Positions 11,660 to 24,623 of a DNA stretch of 64,000 bases are shown here, piece after piece (the first letter of the stretch is position 1; the number at the start of each line of letters is the position of its first letter). The translations under genes and the position numbers were made by a program. Source of the DNA: Camelus dromedarius (lineage: Eukaryota); assembly GCF_036321535.1 (NCBI RefSeq), contig NC_087437.1:119104001-119168000 (forward strand), read 5' to 3'. A model generated the notes under the pieces. That model had not been told where the DNA came from. It made no database searches and saw only the letters and a list, made by a program, of their open reading frames with translations.

Positions 11660-12720
11660 GGCACGCATCTCGCGCTGGAGAAGTGGTCGTGAGGACCATC
11701 GCGACCACGACGGTGGGGGCCGGGGTGCGGGCCGGGGTGCGGGGAGCGCGAGAAGCTCCGTGCGCGCAGACCGTGGGCGCCGGCGCGGGCGCAGCGCCAG
11801 GCACACGGCACAGGCCTCAGGAAGAAAGTACTTTTGTAAGCGGAGCCCGGAGGGCTTGACGCTCAGATAGGAGCGGACCCGCCGCGAAGCTGGGGTGAGC
11901 AGGGGAGGGGCAGCGAGGAGAGAAGAGCAGGCCCCCAGGGCTTCTCCTGGTCGTTCTCCCTAAGAATTCCTAAATCTGCTTCCTCCCACCTCGGCCCTCG
12001 CCAGCGCATCGCAACAGGCGGCCCCTCCGGTCCGGGGCCTCCAGCGGTGCCCGGCTGCGAGGTGATGTCCCCTTCCCCGCGTGGTCACCTAGCCCTGGGC
12101 GCGCTGACCCTGCGAGCCGGAGGAGGGCAGGGAGCTGCCTCTGCGTCCCCCGGGGGGACAGGCCGACCCCAGAGGTCAAGGACGAGGCAGATGCGAGGAC
12201 TCTCCTGGGGCAGGGTCCCAGCGCCGCGACCGCGGGAGAGTTTGCGGGTCCCTGAAGAGGGGGCTCCCGCCGACGTGGGACCTCAAGGAGACAGTGCGCG
12301 CGCAGGGCAGGCAGGTACCAGGTGATGGAGAAACGGTGCCGGTTGTTAGTACTTCTAGGGTGTGTGTCTGCTCCGTGAGGTTTAAACTCATCTTTGTCCT
12401 CCTCAGGGTCGCCGGAGCAGCGCGCCCCGTGACACAGTTCTCCTAGGGGAACGGCTTAGGTCCTGCAGCCAATATGGGACAGACCGAGCTCCCGGGGCCC
12501 AGAACGAAGCCAGCGCCTCTAAAGTCCTCGGGCTGGACGGGCTCACGGGGAGGGGGCAGTGGAGCCCTGGCCGCTGGGCGGTGTCCTTCCCTCCCTGCCC
12601 CCTCCTCTCCCTCTCTCGGCCCCTCTTCCCTCCCCCGTCCCCGGCCCTCCCTTTCCCCTCCTCGCCCCTCCCGGCGGCTCCTCCCAGCCCTGCCCTCTTT
12701 CTGCCTGGCAGGCTCCTCCC
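11660..12720. promoter_or_regulatory. Second CpG-rich island 3.6-4.7 kb upstream of RIPK4
   Basis: Abrupt switch from AT-rich DNA to CpG-dense sequence with repeated GGGGTGCGG motifs; no credible CDS. Confidence 0.7.
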
Positions 12721-15134
12721 CAGGATGGAGGCCTTACTCTCCTGGAACTGCCACTCCTGCTGCAACTTGCAAGGCTATTTTTGAGAATTCCCTGCATGAT
12801 TTTAAGGTTCGCTGCTGCGATTCTGCCTCCATTAATTCTGCAAAAGTGATCTGGGAGAACAGGACACCAGGAGCAAGATTCCAGGCAAGGATTTCTACAG
12901 CCGCCCCAGGAGTTTGGGCGAGAAAGGAAGGAGGGGGGACTGACTCCCAATTTCTGGCTTTTCTCAACAAGTATGTCCTTTTTACACAATCTCCCTTTTG
13001 AGAGATGCCTTCTGTGACCCTAGCAGTCCTGTCTCTGTTCTCCCTGGGTGTCCTCTTGTAAGGCCATTTTTGGGCCCTGCCCTGGGGACGCAGCATCAAG
13101 AGGCCCTCTGGTCGAGCACTTGCTGGTTGGATTATACTCATAACATTGCTCCGCGCTTTCATCTTTAAGTGCCGGGCTCCTTAAAGCCCCGTCTAGACCC
13201 CCTCCTCCCTCCCTCTTTATCCTTAGGTGACCTCATCCAGGCCCAAGGCCTCAGTTCCTGTCTATTCAACAAAGAATCCTATGTTTATAACTCCAGGCCA
13301 GTGCTCTCCTCTGAGCTCCAGACCCCAAAATCCAGCATGGCCCCCACCTCAACAACTAAGGCACCTCAACACATGTGAGATGAGCCTGTGATTTTCATCC
13401 CCCAAATTCATCCTTTCAGAGTCCCCATCTCTGTGAATAAACTGCCTTCTGTTCTGAAGACCAGGAACCAAGAAGTATGTGCAGAACCTCATTCACCTTC
13501 CATCCCACAAGACCCAGTTGGTTGCCAACAGCCCCACCTTAGGCCTGGATAAGAGGCCTGCTCCAAAGGCCCCTGTCTGAACTTCCTTGGGCCTGCCCAT
13601 CTACACAGGGCCAGGAGGTACCCACCCTCCTACGTCAAGCTCTGGGCACCTGCCACCCTGGAATTCCCAGCCCAAATGCCCCCAAACTCACCTTTCAACC
13701 CCTGCATGGGTCCATCCTCCAGAGCGCGGCCCACTGCTGATGTGAATCCCCCAAGGCCGAGGCATGGCTACGGGAAGCTGTTTGCAGGGGATAGGGTGGG
13801 GCTGGGGGTGGGCCTGGGAGGCCTCTGTCTGTGTGCCACGAAGCTGGAGTGGGACAAAAGGAGGGGCTGGACTCCGGCCCTCCAAGGTGTTGTGAAGGTG
13901 TGTTTGTCAAAGCAGAAGGACAGAGCACATTGTATTTAACATTTTCTTAGCTTAATTTGTAATTTTCAACAATTTAGACAATTAGCACATAGATTTCAAC
14001 CTGTGCCTTCCCCTGGCAGAAATGTTGGCATAGTCTGATCACCAAGACACTAGCTCGTCCCTCCTGAGAACCTCTTAAGGGAACTCCTCTGCCCACGCCA
14101 GCTCCGGGGCCCGAGTCCCACAGCCGTTTGGCTATTTCCGAGCAGAGTCCTCACAGCCCCTCTCCGGTCTTCAAGCCATAGCTGATGGTTTGAAATCATA
14201 AATCCAACCTACTGCTTTAGGACAGAAACGGGCCTCCCCTTCCAGCACCACCCTCTGGTCTCCACCACTGCTCTTGGTCTTGGGCGGCCCCTCCCCCACC
14301 CCACTTCTCCCAGCTCCTCTAACTGAGGCTCCCCAGGGCCTTTGCACAAACTGTCCTGTCTGTCTGGAAAGTTCAGCTGATGCCTGGTTTACTCCCACTC
14401 AACCCATCTCTCGGTCTTCACCCAAGTCCCAGACATGGTCACATACCTCTTTTACGAGCTCACGGGGCATGTGGCTAAGCGTCTCATCACGTTTATTGGG
14501 GGGCTGCTGATGAATTCCTGGCTCTTCCACTCTGGGCCTTGTGGGGGCAGTGTGGCCTGTCTCCTCCCCCCCCCCCCCGCCCCCGGCAGAAGCCCGTGTC
14601 TGACTCCGTCCCGCCCACCTGTCCAGGTTCATTGCTGACACCACCCCCTCCTTGTCCCGGTCATGGGCCTTTTTGTTCTTCTGTCACCCCGGCACCTCCT
14701 TCCACAGACCCTCTGCATGTGTAGCTCCCAGTCCTGGGATGCTTTGGCCCTAATCCTCAGTCAGCCTCACCTGCCTTCATCGCTTTCTGTTCTGTGTCAC
14801 CAAGGCCTTCCAGTCTATATCAGCACTGCCCCACTCCAGCTGACGTCACCCCCACGGAGCCACACGGGAGGCTGGGGGCTTTGTTATCCCTGCTGACACT
14901 CACCCTTGGTGAGTTCAGTTATTCAGGAATGAGTCCTGCTTGGGCTGTCCCCAGAGCCCCCCAGTGCCTGGGCAGTACAGTGCAAGCTCCCTGAGTCAGA
15001 AGCCCCCAAACCCCCCCTCCCCACCACGCGCACCTTTAGTGTCTCAGCGCTCTTTCTCCGGCGTGCTTAGACAAGAGGTGCCCAGCAGTTCTGTTTATTA
15101 AGTTGGTTGGGATCAAACAACTCAAAAAGCCTTT

Positions 15135-15810
15135 ATGGGATAATGGTCTGGCAGGCCATCAAGATGTTAAGCATAGAATTACCATATGACCTAGCAATTT
15201 CTCTCGTGGGTATAGACCTGAAAGAATTGAAAACAGTAATTCAAACAAGAACTTGTACTCAAGTGTTCATAGCAGCATTATCTGAAATAGTAAAAGGTTA
15301 AAACAACCCCGGTGTCCACTAATGGAGAAACAGATGAGCAAAGATGTTGTATATCCATGCAATTGACTATTATTCAGTCATAAAACAGAGTGACGCCCTG
15401 ACACAGGCTACAACATGGATGACCCTTGAAAACATTATGCCAAGTGAAAGAAGCCAGACACAAAATGCCACATATTATACCAGCTCATTTGTATTAAATT
15501 TCTAGAATAGGTAAATCCACAGAGACAGAAAGGAGATTAGTGGTTGCCAGGAGCTGGGAGGGGGTGGTGGTGGGGGTGCGGGGAGAATATAGAACATCTG
15601 CTTAAAAGGTTCAGGCTTTCCTTCTGGGGTGATGGCAATGCTCTGGAACTAGATAGTAGTGGTGATCGCACCACATTGTAAACGTGCTAAATGCCAATGA
15701 GTTGTACGCTTAAAAATGGTTAAAATGATAAATTTTGTGTTATGTATGTTTTATCACCCTAATGCAGGTTAATTGTATGTGATGTGAATTTCACTTCAAT
15801 TTTTTTAAAT
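15135..15810 (+). mobile_element. Old L1 (L1MB-like) ORF2 end and 3' UTR
   Basis: ATAGAATTACCATATGACCTAGCAATT (IELPYDLAI), ACATGGATGACCCTTGAAAACATTATG and GGGGTGATGG...CTAGATAG are typical L1M 3' motifs. Confidence 0.85.
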
Positions 15811-15849
15811 GATTTATGTTCGAACAACAACATAGCTGTTTTTAAAAAA

Positions 15850-16245
15850 AAGATCCACATAAATTGAAGTAAAAAAATGTATTTCCTTCTTAAATAAGCC
15901 TAATTATGTACTAATGGGATAGTTGTGCCTGTTGCGCACTACACAATTTCTTAAAACTGGGAATCAAATGAAACCCTGTCACCTCTGTTCCTTGTCACAC
16001 TGATTTTCATCCAGTACTTACTTTTGGTGACAGCAACTGCCCAAAGCCCAATTTTGCAAAGATATGACATTATCAGAATATAGCAGAATCAAATATCAAA
16101 TGTGTGAATTAGCTGAAGTTAAGCAGTTCACATGGTTTCTGGTAGGTTTCGCTGGTTCCCTTCAAAATTAAAATGACCTGCGTCACCCCTGTGGGTCCTC
16201 GGTGCTGGTCCAGGGTGCCATGGCACACAGTCTGGGAACTGTGGT
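15850..16245. mobile_element. hAT-Charlie-type (MER113-like) relic
   Basis: The terminus GGTGCCATGGCACACAGTCTGGGAAC resembles Charlie-family ends; family assignment is from memory. Confidence 0.45.
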
Positions 16246-18123
16246 TATAAATATATGCTAAGTTAAATTAATTATAAAGTTGATACTTAAATACATTCTT
16301 AAGATGTTCCTCCATTGTTTTCTCTTCTCTCTTTCTGTTGGTAACCAATTTTCCTTCCAAGTAATCTTGCAAATATCTGGTCAATTTCTCCCCTAAAACA
16401 CCCACTTCTGAAAGAAATACTGCACACCGTGGAGAACTTGTAACGCTGACACCCGCTCTCAGTAGAGGCGGTGGGAGTTTGACATGGGCAGCAGTTTTGT
16501 TTATTAAGTTGCTGGTTTGCAGCACAAGACACAAGTGCCCATGAAATGAAATGGGCCTAGAATTTTAAAATCGCGACACAAGCAAAAGGCAACCTTGTCG
16601 TGTTGCTCTGAAGACAGAAGACAGAGGTAAAGGTCCAACTCTGGACCAACTTCGTTCCAATACCTGTTATGATAACAAAACATACTGAGGAAATATGAAA
16701 TCTAAAACCTTGAAAACCGGGGGAGGGGATAGCTCCTCCCTCTACAGGGTATAGTTTTAGATCTTATTTTGTTGTTGTGTTTTTTTAAGCCATTTCTAAG
16801 CTGCTACAATGAAGCCTGAAGCTACTGTTCAAGGTCAGTGAGGTGAACAGTCGGGGCATAGACTGCACTTGTCCAGGCAGGTCCTCTGACAAAAAGAAGA
16901 GAAATCAGAAGCTCTCTTTCTGAAGCAACCTGAGCTGTATTAAAACGATCTGAAAGCAAGGCGTCTGAAGGTCGGGCTGGCCTCCGGCTCTGCTCCTGAG
17001 TGCAGAGGGCTTAGTCGCTCTGCTGGGCGGTGGAGGCCGCCTTCTGCCCCCCCCCAGCCACAGATCACACCCACCAGGCCGCGGCCCGTCTCTCTTCTCG
17101 CTGCTCCGGATCAGACCACGCCAGCCAAGACTTTTCCTTCCAAGATGTCTATGTGGACAGGAATTCTCGGGTACTGCTTCTCACGCACACCCTGGTGGCT
17201 TTGCCAAAAATCTCAAGGCAGCCTCTCCGCAAGGTGAGCATCTGCCACCTGTGGGCCGAGCTTGGGAACTGCAGCCGCGGGCGCTTGGGAATCAGGACCA
17301 GCCGCCCTACAGATGCGCCAGCCCGGCTCCCAAGCAAAGGGTGCTTCACCCACGTGGCAGATTCTTGTACCAGGCGCTGCCGTCAGCACGGGTGGCGGTG
17401 ACCTGGCTCTGCCTCCTGGGTCTCTCGGTCGGGACGGCGGTGGGCAGCGTGGTGCCATGGCTTGGGCCACCTCCTGGTGGGTGGGCGGCTGGGCTGTCTG
17501 CCTTCAGTTTCTCCCTCTGTAGGAGGAGGAAGGTGGAAGGAGGGTCTCAACTTCCCAGGACTGTGGGAATTGAATGGGCAAACATGTCCTTGGAACCATG
17601 TCCGCACAACCTGCCCTACACCCGTGTCGGCTCTGACTGTCTTTTTTCTTTCAGTCTGGGCTACTTTTGTGGGCGTTCACCCAAAAGTCTAATCTGCCAT
17701 CAGTCCAATCTGGTGCATTTCCCCGTGGGCGTGGACAAGCAGGACACTATTCTGTTACATTCAGTGAAAGAACATGTCACAGGCATTTATGTAACGACAC
17801 TCATTTCTGTTCAAATACTGTACAATTTGTTAAAGCAAAGCATTGGCAGCAACCCAAACCCCCACTGAGGGGTACTGGGTGGACTGTGGCCACTGGTCCC
17901 CATGGAAGAGAGCACCAGGCAGCCGGGAAGCAGGAGGAAGACGATCCCTGGATGCAGCCCTGGGGGAGGGGGTCGCAGGGAACACAGCAAGGGGGAGGGG
18001 AGTGCAGAGTGCACATTACTGTCTATCCAGGATGGGGGGGACTACCTGTCACCATAATCCATCCATCAGTCAGCTATCGTTCAACTATTTAACTATCAGC
18101 CATCTATCAACCAACAATTCATT

Positions 18124-18265
18124 GGTGGAGGGTACAGCTTAGTGGTAGAGTGTGTGTCTAGCATGTACAAGGTCCTGGGTCGATCCCCAGTACCTCCGTT
18201 AAAGATAAATATATAAATAAAAACCTAATTACCTTCCCTCAAAAAAATTTTTTTAATTAAAAAAA
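18124..18265 (+). mobile_element. tRNA-derived SINE (Vic-1-like), inserted in a degenerate ATCT/ATCA repeat (~18055-18405)
   Basis: GAGGGTACAGCTTAGTGGTAGAG...GGTCCTGGGTCGATCCCCAG...CCTAATTACC, then an A-rich tail. Confidence 0.88.
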
Positions 18266-19887
18266 TTTATCAACTATCTACCTGTTTAACTAGCACAATC
18301 CACCTGTCAATCAACATCATTCAACTATTTATCTGCTATCTACCTATCATAATTCATCTATCAACTGCCATCAACTTATCATGTTATCTATCTATCTATC
18401 TACTTCTAGTTTAAAAATAAGCAGTGGAGAATAAGGCATAAGTATTGTTGAAGGGCACCTACAGGCAGGTGGGGAGAATGCAAGGACCTGGGATGGAAAC
18501 GCAGCATCTTCGTACGTGTCTTATGTTAAGTTTTCACTTTGGAACTGTGCAAATATTTCACTTACTTACGAAACAAATTAGCTTAAAAAAAAAGCTAAAT
18601 GTCAAAAATAAAATTAGACAAACAAAATGTGCAGCCTTTTGGAGGCCTGACCAACCACAGGGGAGTTATTCCTGGTGACTCTAAAATGTGGAAATGTGGA
18701 AATGTGAAAGGCACTCCTAGCGGAAAACATGCGAGGACAAAAAGAACAATGAGAAAGAAAGACAATCTGAGACCTTTCCGGTCACCGTGCTGGGGGTGGT
18801 GTTGATCTGGGACTGGGGTGTGTTGAGGGAAAAAGCAAATGTGATGCTCAGATGCGGTGGCTTCCTGTGCTGTGGAGAGTGGAGCTTTTCGGTGTGAGAG
18901 GGTGGAAGTTAAGGAGCTCTGGACTCGGAAGGGAATAATAGCACAGAGTTATCGGCAAAATTAATGACAGTGGCTAATGCGAACACGCTCTAATCGGGCT
19001 ATTCTTCACTGTAACTTAAGTGCATGTTTGGGAGACTGTTCCTTCAAACAGCAAAGGTCTCTCCTCCTCTGCTTTCTCTCAACTATTTTTAAATAAACAC
19101 AAAACTCCCATTTGTACCAAAATGAGAGGCATTGTGTTTAATGGAATGAACCTTCAGGCCAGTCTAGAAATAAAAGGTGAAATAGATTCTTCCAAGTTTA
19201 CTTACAGTCTCTTAAAATGCCAGCACCCTCCCCACCTGGTCAGTTACTGCTATCCATAAGGAGTAATGAGATTATCATCATTTTTTATTTTTCACTATTA
19301 ATTCTAAAGATCAGCAAAACATACTCACTCTTCTGTAATAACATAGCACTTGAAAGCTGAGAAACAGCGGCAGGTCCAAGTTACATGTGCAACAAACAAC
19401 CATCCTGCAGAAATCAGGGTTTTCACGCTTTCAGTAAGTGCCTCCGGTTCTGACTCCTGATTGGAAGTTCTGGAAGGTGACAGAAGTCAAGGCACGCCTG
19501 CCTGGCCTAGAAAACGGTCATGTGATGTCCCCATGTGCTGACTCAGGGAGGCACATGCGGCTGTAGAGCTGGAGGGAACTCAGAGGAAAGGGACTTCAGT
19601 GAATGTCATTGCATTATTTTCAGACCCACCTCTGCTTTGTGACCACTCATTTCATTTGTAATTTAAAGCTTAAACAAACAAGACATTATTGAAATGCCCA
19701 TTTTTAATTTGCTGAGAGAGAAGTCAATGTTTATTGTGAAAGAATATGGCTCAAATACAAGACCCATCCTTGGGAAGAAGGAATAGTTCACAGGTGTGAC
19801 TGCAGAACACATAAAAAATTAGTGCATTTTTATAAAACTTTATCCTTAACTGCCTTCCTTCCTAAGGTCTAAAGCACTTTTCTTTAT

Positions 19888-19927
<40 letters not shown>

Positions 19928-19930
19928 TGT
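19888..19930. repeat. (TG)n microsatellite
   Basis: Direct reading. Confidence 0.97.
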
Positions 19931-20457
19931 ATCTGAACCAGAGTCCCCTCCACTCAGCTGCACCAGCGCCCCCAGGACACTGTCAGGCAGACGTACCCCA
20001 CACTCACTGCCCACCACACAGAAGACCCCACATTCTCACACGGCATTTGGGCGTCTGGGAAGTGACTGGTGAGGCTAGATTTACACCCAAAGAACCTTCA
20101 GGATTGGCAGAGATTTGAGGAAAGCCTCCAACGCAAGAGGCAGAAAACAATCAGAAAAGGGGGACTCAGAAGAAACAGAGGCAGTTCAGAGACACCTGAG
20201 GGTGATGGTGGACTTAAACACAGGCTCAGCAGGTGAGCCCAGGGGAACCAGATGCTGCACCCGTGAAGCTAGAACAGGGCTGGCGGTGGGGGTGGGGAGG
20301 AAGGTGGTTAGAGAGCCAGAGAGAACTCTTAGACATTAACACATGATCATAGAACTAAAAAATTTTTAAACCAAGGAAATCTTCCAGAAAGTTCTTTTTT
20401 TAAATTTTTTTTATTGATTGTACTTCTCTGCTTCAGAATTTATTCTTGGTTTCTGTC

Positions 20458-20598
20458 TATTTTATTTTATTTCAGGGGGACCGTGGGGGGTAATTAGGTT
20501 TATTCATTTATTTATTTTTAAAGGAGGGGCTGGGGGTTGAACCCAGGACCTCGTGCACGCTAAGTATGCGCTCTACCACTTGAGCTAAACCCTCCCCC
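20458..20598 (-). mobile_element. tRNA-derived SINE (Vic-1-like)
   Basis: GGTAATTAGG...GGGGTTGAACCCAGGACC...CTCTACCACTTGAGCTAAACCCTCCCC. Confidence 0.88.
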
Positions 20599-20919
20599 GC
20601 TTCTAGACATTTCAACAAAAGGCAAAGAGAGAAGACATGGAAGGGAAAAGTGGAGCAGATCAGCAGAAGAGGTCCAGCGTCCAGCTCACAGCAATTCCAG
20701 ACAGGGCAGAGAGAGAGGGTGGAGGGACGGGAAGGTGGGGGACTATGCACGTCAGAGCGCAGGGAGACTCCCGGGACTGGGTTACGGCATGGGCCATGTG
20801 GATAAAGTGAGAATTAGTAAGAGAACGAAAACCAGGGGACAAGGCAATAAACCCCCTTGTCTTCTCACCCCTCATCTCCCGGCCTGGTGCGGGCACCCAC
20901 ATTGACACCCCCCCCGCAG

Positions 20920-21640
20920 TATGATTTTATTTCTCTTGGGTCAATATCTAGGAGTGGAATTGCTAAACTGTAGGGGAGACGGATGTTTAACTTTAAAAGA
21001 TGCTGACAAACAGTTCTCCAGAGAAGCTCCGCCACTTCGATCTCCCACTAATGCCACACACTCACACACACACACATACACATGCATACATATACACACG
21101 TATACACACATGCACACACACGCATGCACCCATACACCCATACATACGCACATACACACATACACATGCACACACACCCATATACACATACACACATGCA
21201 TACATACACACATACACACACACATGCACAATACACCCATACATACACACATACACATGTGCACACATACACAACTACACATACACACATGCACACACAA
21301 TACACATACACATATACACATACACACACGCACACATACACATAACACACATGCACACAGCCATACACATACATACACACATGCACACACCCATCCATAT
21401 GTACATACATACACGTGTACGCATATAGACATACATGCATTATTTTATATGTACACACATATGTATGTCTTAACAAAATTAATAGACTTGGGTGTTTAGA
21501 GTAGTTTTGGGTCTGCGGAAACATTACAGATGGTGCAGAATTCTCACCCACCTCCGCCCCTGCACCCCCACTGTCTCCCCTCTTATCAACATCAGTATTA
21601 CTGTGGTGCTTTGTTACAATTTATGACCCAATAGTGGTAA
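20920..21640 (-). mobile_element. Old L1M fragments interrupted by a CA/TA-rich repeat
   Basis: TTTCTCTTGGGTCAATATCTAGGAGTGGAATTGCT (ORF2 end, antisense) and TTTAGAGTAGTTTTGGGT...TTTGTTACAATT (L1MC/MD-like 3' end). Confidence 0.6.
21055..21465. repeat. Degenerate (CA/TA)n alternating purine-pyrimidine tract, ~410 bp
   Basis: Direct reading; the source of the spurious His/Thr and Cys/Val ORFs. Confidence 0.95.
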
Positions 21641-21716
21641 GTTCGTCTTGTATATTAATTTAATTAAATTTTAATAATTTTAATTAACACTAAAGTAAAC
21701 TCATGTTAACATTTCA

Positions 21717-21835
21717 GTGGGGAGGGTAGAGCGTGTGCTCAGCCTGCACGAGGTCCTGGGTTCAGTCCCCAGCACCTCCATCAAAAAACGTAAGTACACC
21801 TGATTACCTCCCTCCAAAATAAAAAAAAATTAAAA
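21717..21835 (+). mobile_element. tRNA-derived SINE (Vic-1-like), with the A-box segment deleted
   Basis: GGGGAGGGTAGAGCG...GAGGTCCTGGGTTCAGTCCCCAG...CTGATTACC, then an A-tail. Confidence 0.82.
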
Positions 21836-22736
21836 ATACTTCAAAAACATTTAAATTAACTACACATTTAAAATACATGAATGATTTTTTTTTTAAAGCC
21901 TCCCATTTTCCCACATTTTTGGGTCAATTTTAGATCCTTTCACTTTCTGGGGAGATCGTTTGTTTCCGTCACTGGCGTGTGTCCACGTACAACTCGACAG
22001 TGTGCAGAAAGGACAGAGGTGCGCGCGAGGGAGGGGAGCCGAGTGCGTCCTAGCTCGGTAAACGCCGCCGCCCCGGCGCCCGGGGGAGGCGGCAGCGACT
22101 GGGCTGCCAGTTCCCTAAGAGCCTGGCACACCCCAGGGTTAGCGTTCAAGGAGAGGTCCCTGCCATGAAAGGCTTGAAAGCCAAAGGGCTCTCAAAGCTC
22201 CCCGTGGAGATTCTTTTGGATTCAGTACATCACAAACTACCCGTTGCTTCAGGCTATTAAGAAGACTCCCCTTGCAGTTACAGTTATGGTCACGGCACGT
22301 ACCACGGGTGTGCCTTCCGGCTTGTCACCCGTGTTCCCTGAGCACAACCAGCCTCGTGACTCTTGCCCAACTGTCTTCTCCTCGGTCCTGTCCTGTCATC
22401 TTAGAAACCACAATTCCAGGTCCTTTTGTCTCAGAGCTGCGACCCTTACACACGCCGCAGTGCACCACCGACAGCTCGCTGAGCTAACGGGGAAGGAATC
22501 AGTAGAAACAGTGAAACGATCCGGCTTCTCTGAGCCAAGGCTTTAACTCTTCAATTTGCAAAACAAAAGGCTTCGCAAAGCAACCTTGATATTTGCGTTA
22601 CTTACATATAATTTAGTATCAAAGATTTTTAAAGTGATGTCCATGGTCTTGAACACATACACATTCTGATTCCAGCAAACCCCAACTACTCACAGGGCTC
22701 TGTGGCATGTTTTAAAGCAGTGGTTCAGAATATTTT

Positions 22737-23315
22737 GAAAAGAATGTATATCCTATTTTGGGGGGTGTAATGCTCTGAAAATATCCACCAAATCTAGTTT
22801 TTCTATTGTAGTATTTAATTTCTCTGTTGCCTTGTTTATTTTCTGTCTGGAAGATCTGTCTAGTGATGTTAATGTGGTGTTAAAATCTCCAACTATGATT
22901 GTATTCCCATCAATATCCCCCTTTATCCCTGTTAGTAATTGTTTTATGTATTTAGGTGCTCCTATATTGGGTGCGTATATATTAACGAGTGTAATATCCT
23001 CATCTTGTATCATTCCTTTAATCATTATAAAATGTCCTTCTTTATCTTTCTTTTGGCCTTTGTTTTAAAGTCTATTTTGTCTGAAATCAGTATTGCAACA
23101 CCTGGTTTTTTGGCTTTTCCATTTGCATGGAATATCCTTTTCCATCCTTTCACTCTCAATCTATATGTGTCCTTCTCCCTAAAGTGGGTCTCTTGTATGC
23201 AGCATATTGAAGGTTCTTGCTTTATTATCCAGTCTGCCACTCTATGTCTTTTAACTGGAGCATTTAGTCCATTAACATTTACAGTAATTAATGATAGATG
23301 TGTGTTTATTGCCAT
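22737..23315 (-). pseudogene. LINE-1 ORF2 N-terminal APE-type endonuclease fragment, frameshifted and truncated
   Basis: MAINTHLSLITVNVNGLNAPVKR...CCIQETH...GVAILISDKIDFK, then a frame change near 23050 to ...NIYAPN...IIVGDFNT...; no reverse transcriptase domain present. Confidence 0.92.
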
Positions 23316-23719
23316 TTTGAACTTATCTTTGCAGTTGAATTGGTATATCCTCTTTGTTCCTTTCTTCTTCCTTTTGTGGTTTGGTAATTTTCCTTTGTAT
23401 TATCTTGGATTTTATTTAATTTTTGTGACTCCCTTGTAAATTTTTGGCTTGTGGTTACCCTTTTTTGTAAATCTATTAACCCATTACTATAACTGTTTTT
23501 ATTAAACTGATAGTAACATGATCTCAAACCCATCCTACTGTTAAAAAAATTTTAAAAAGAAAGAAAAAAATATTCTCTATTTCCCTGCCTCCCTCTCCCA
23601 CTCTCAGTGATTTGTATGTCTTCTTTTATAATTTCGTGTTTACTTGATTTGTAATTCATGAGTTATCACCTTTCCAGTTGTGTGTTTCTCATTTCTGTAG
23701 CATCCTGCTGCTTTTCTAT

Positions 23720-24623
23720 TTAGAATAGCCCTTTCAATATTTCTTTTAGCATGGGTTTAGTGTTGCTAAACTCCTGCAGCTTTTTTTTTGTCTGTGAAAC
23801 TCTTTATTTCTCCTTCTATCCTAAAGGATAGCCTTGCTGGATAAAGTATCCTAGGCTGCATCTTTTTTTCATTCAGGGCTTTGAATATATGTTGCCACTC
23901 CCTTCTGGCCTGTAGAGTTTGTGTAGAGAAATCAGCTGAGAGCCTTATGGGGGTTCCCTTGTAACTTACTCTTTGCTTTTCTCTTGCTGCCTTTAGAATC
24001 ATTTCTTTATCCTTGACTCTGGCCATCCTGATTATGATATGTCTTGATGTGGGTCTATTTGGGTTCTTCCTGTTTGGGACCCTCTGAGCTTCCTGTACTT
24101 GGATAGCTGATTCCTTCTTTAAGTCTGGGAAGTTTTCAGTCATGATTTCTTCAAAAACCTTTTCAATCCCCTTTGATCTTTCTTCCCCTTCTGGGACCCT
24201 TATTATGTGAAGATTGGGGTGCTTTATATTATCCCATAGGTCCCTTATGCTATTTTCATTATTTTTTATTTGCTTAACTTGTAGTTCTTCTGAATGGGTG
24301 CTTTCTATTGCCCTGTCTTCTAGATCACTAATTCGTTCCTCTGCATTATCTAGTCGACTTTGCACAGCTATTAGATCATTCCTCATCTCTGTCAATGAGT
24401 TTACCCACTCTACTTGGCTCTTCTTTATAGCTTCAATTTCATTTTTGACATATTTTATATCTCTAAACACTATCTCTTTTAATTCCTTCAGCAATTCGAT
24501 CACTCCTTTTTTGAAATCTTGATCTAGTAGGCTATCGATGTCTATTTCGTTGATCTTTCTTTCAGGGGATTTCTCTTGTTCTTTTAATTGGGAAAGGTTT
24601 CTCTGCTTCTTCATCTTGCTCAT
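23720..24623 (-). pseudogene. LINE-1 ORF1p, nearly intact, with a frameshift in an A-run near the C-terminus
   Basis: MSKMKKQRN...coiled coil...LWDNIKHPNLHIIRVPEGEE...RLSADFS..TLQARREW..YPARLSF are L1 ORF1p motifs. The frame slips at the T9 run 23781-23789; the likely original stop is at 23720-23722. Confidence 0.92.

Noticed and set aside
20921..21551. His/Thr-rich and Cys/Val-rich ORFs of 140-190 aa
   Set aside because: They are translations of a CA/TA microsatellite-like tract.
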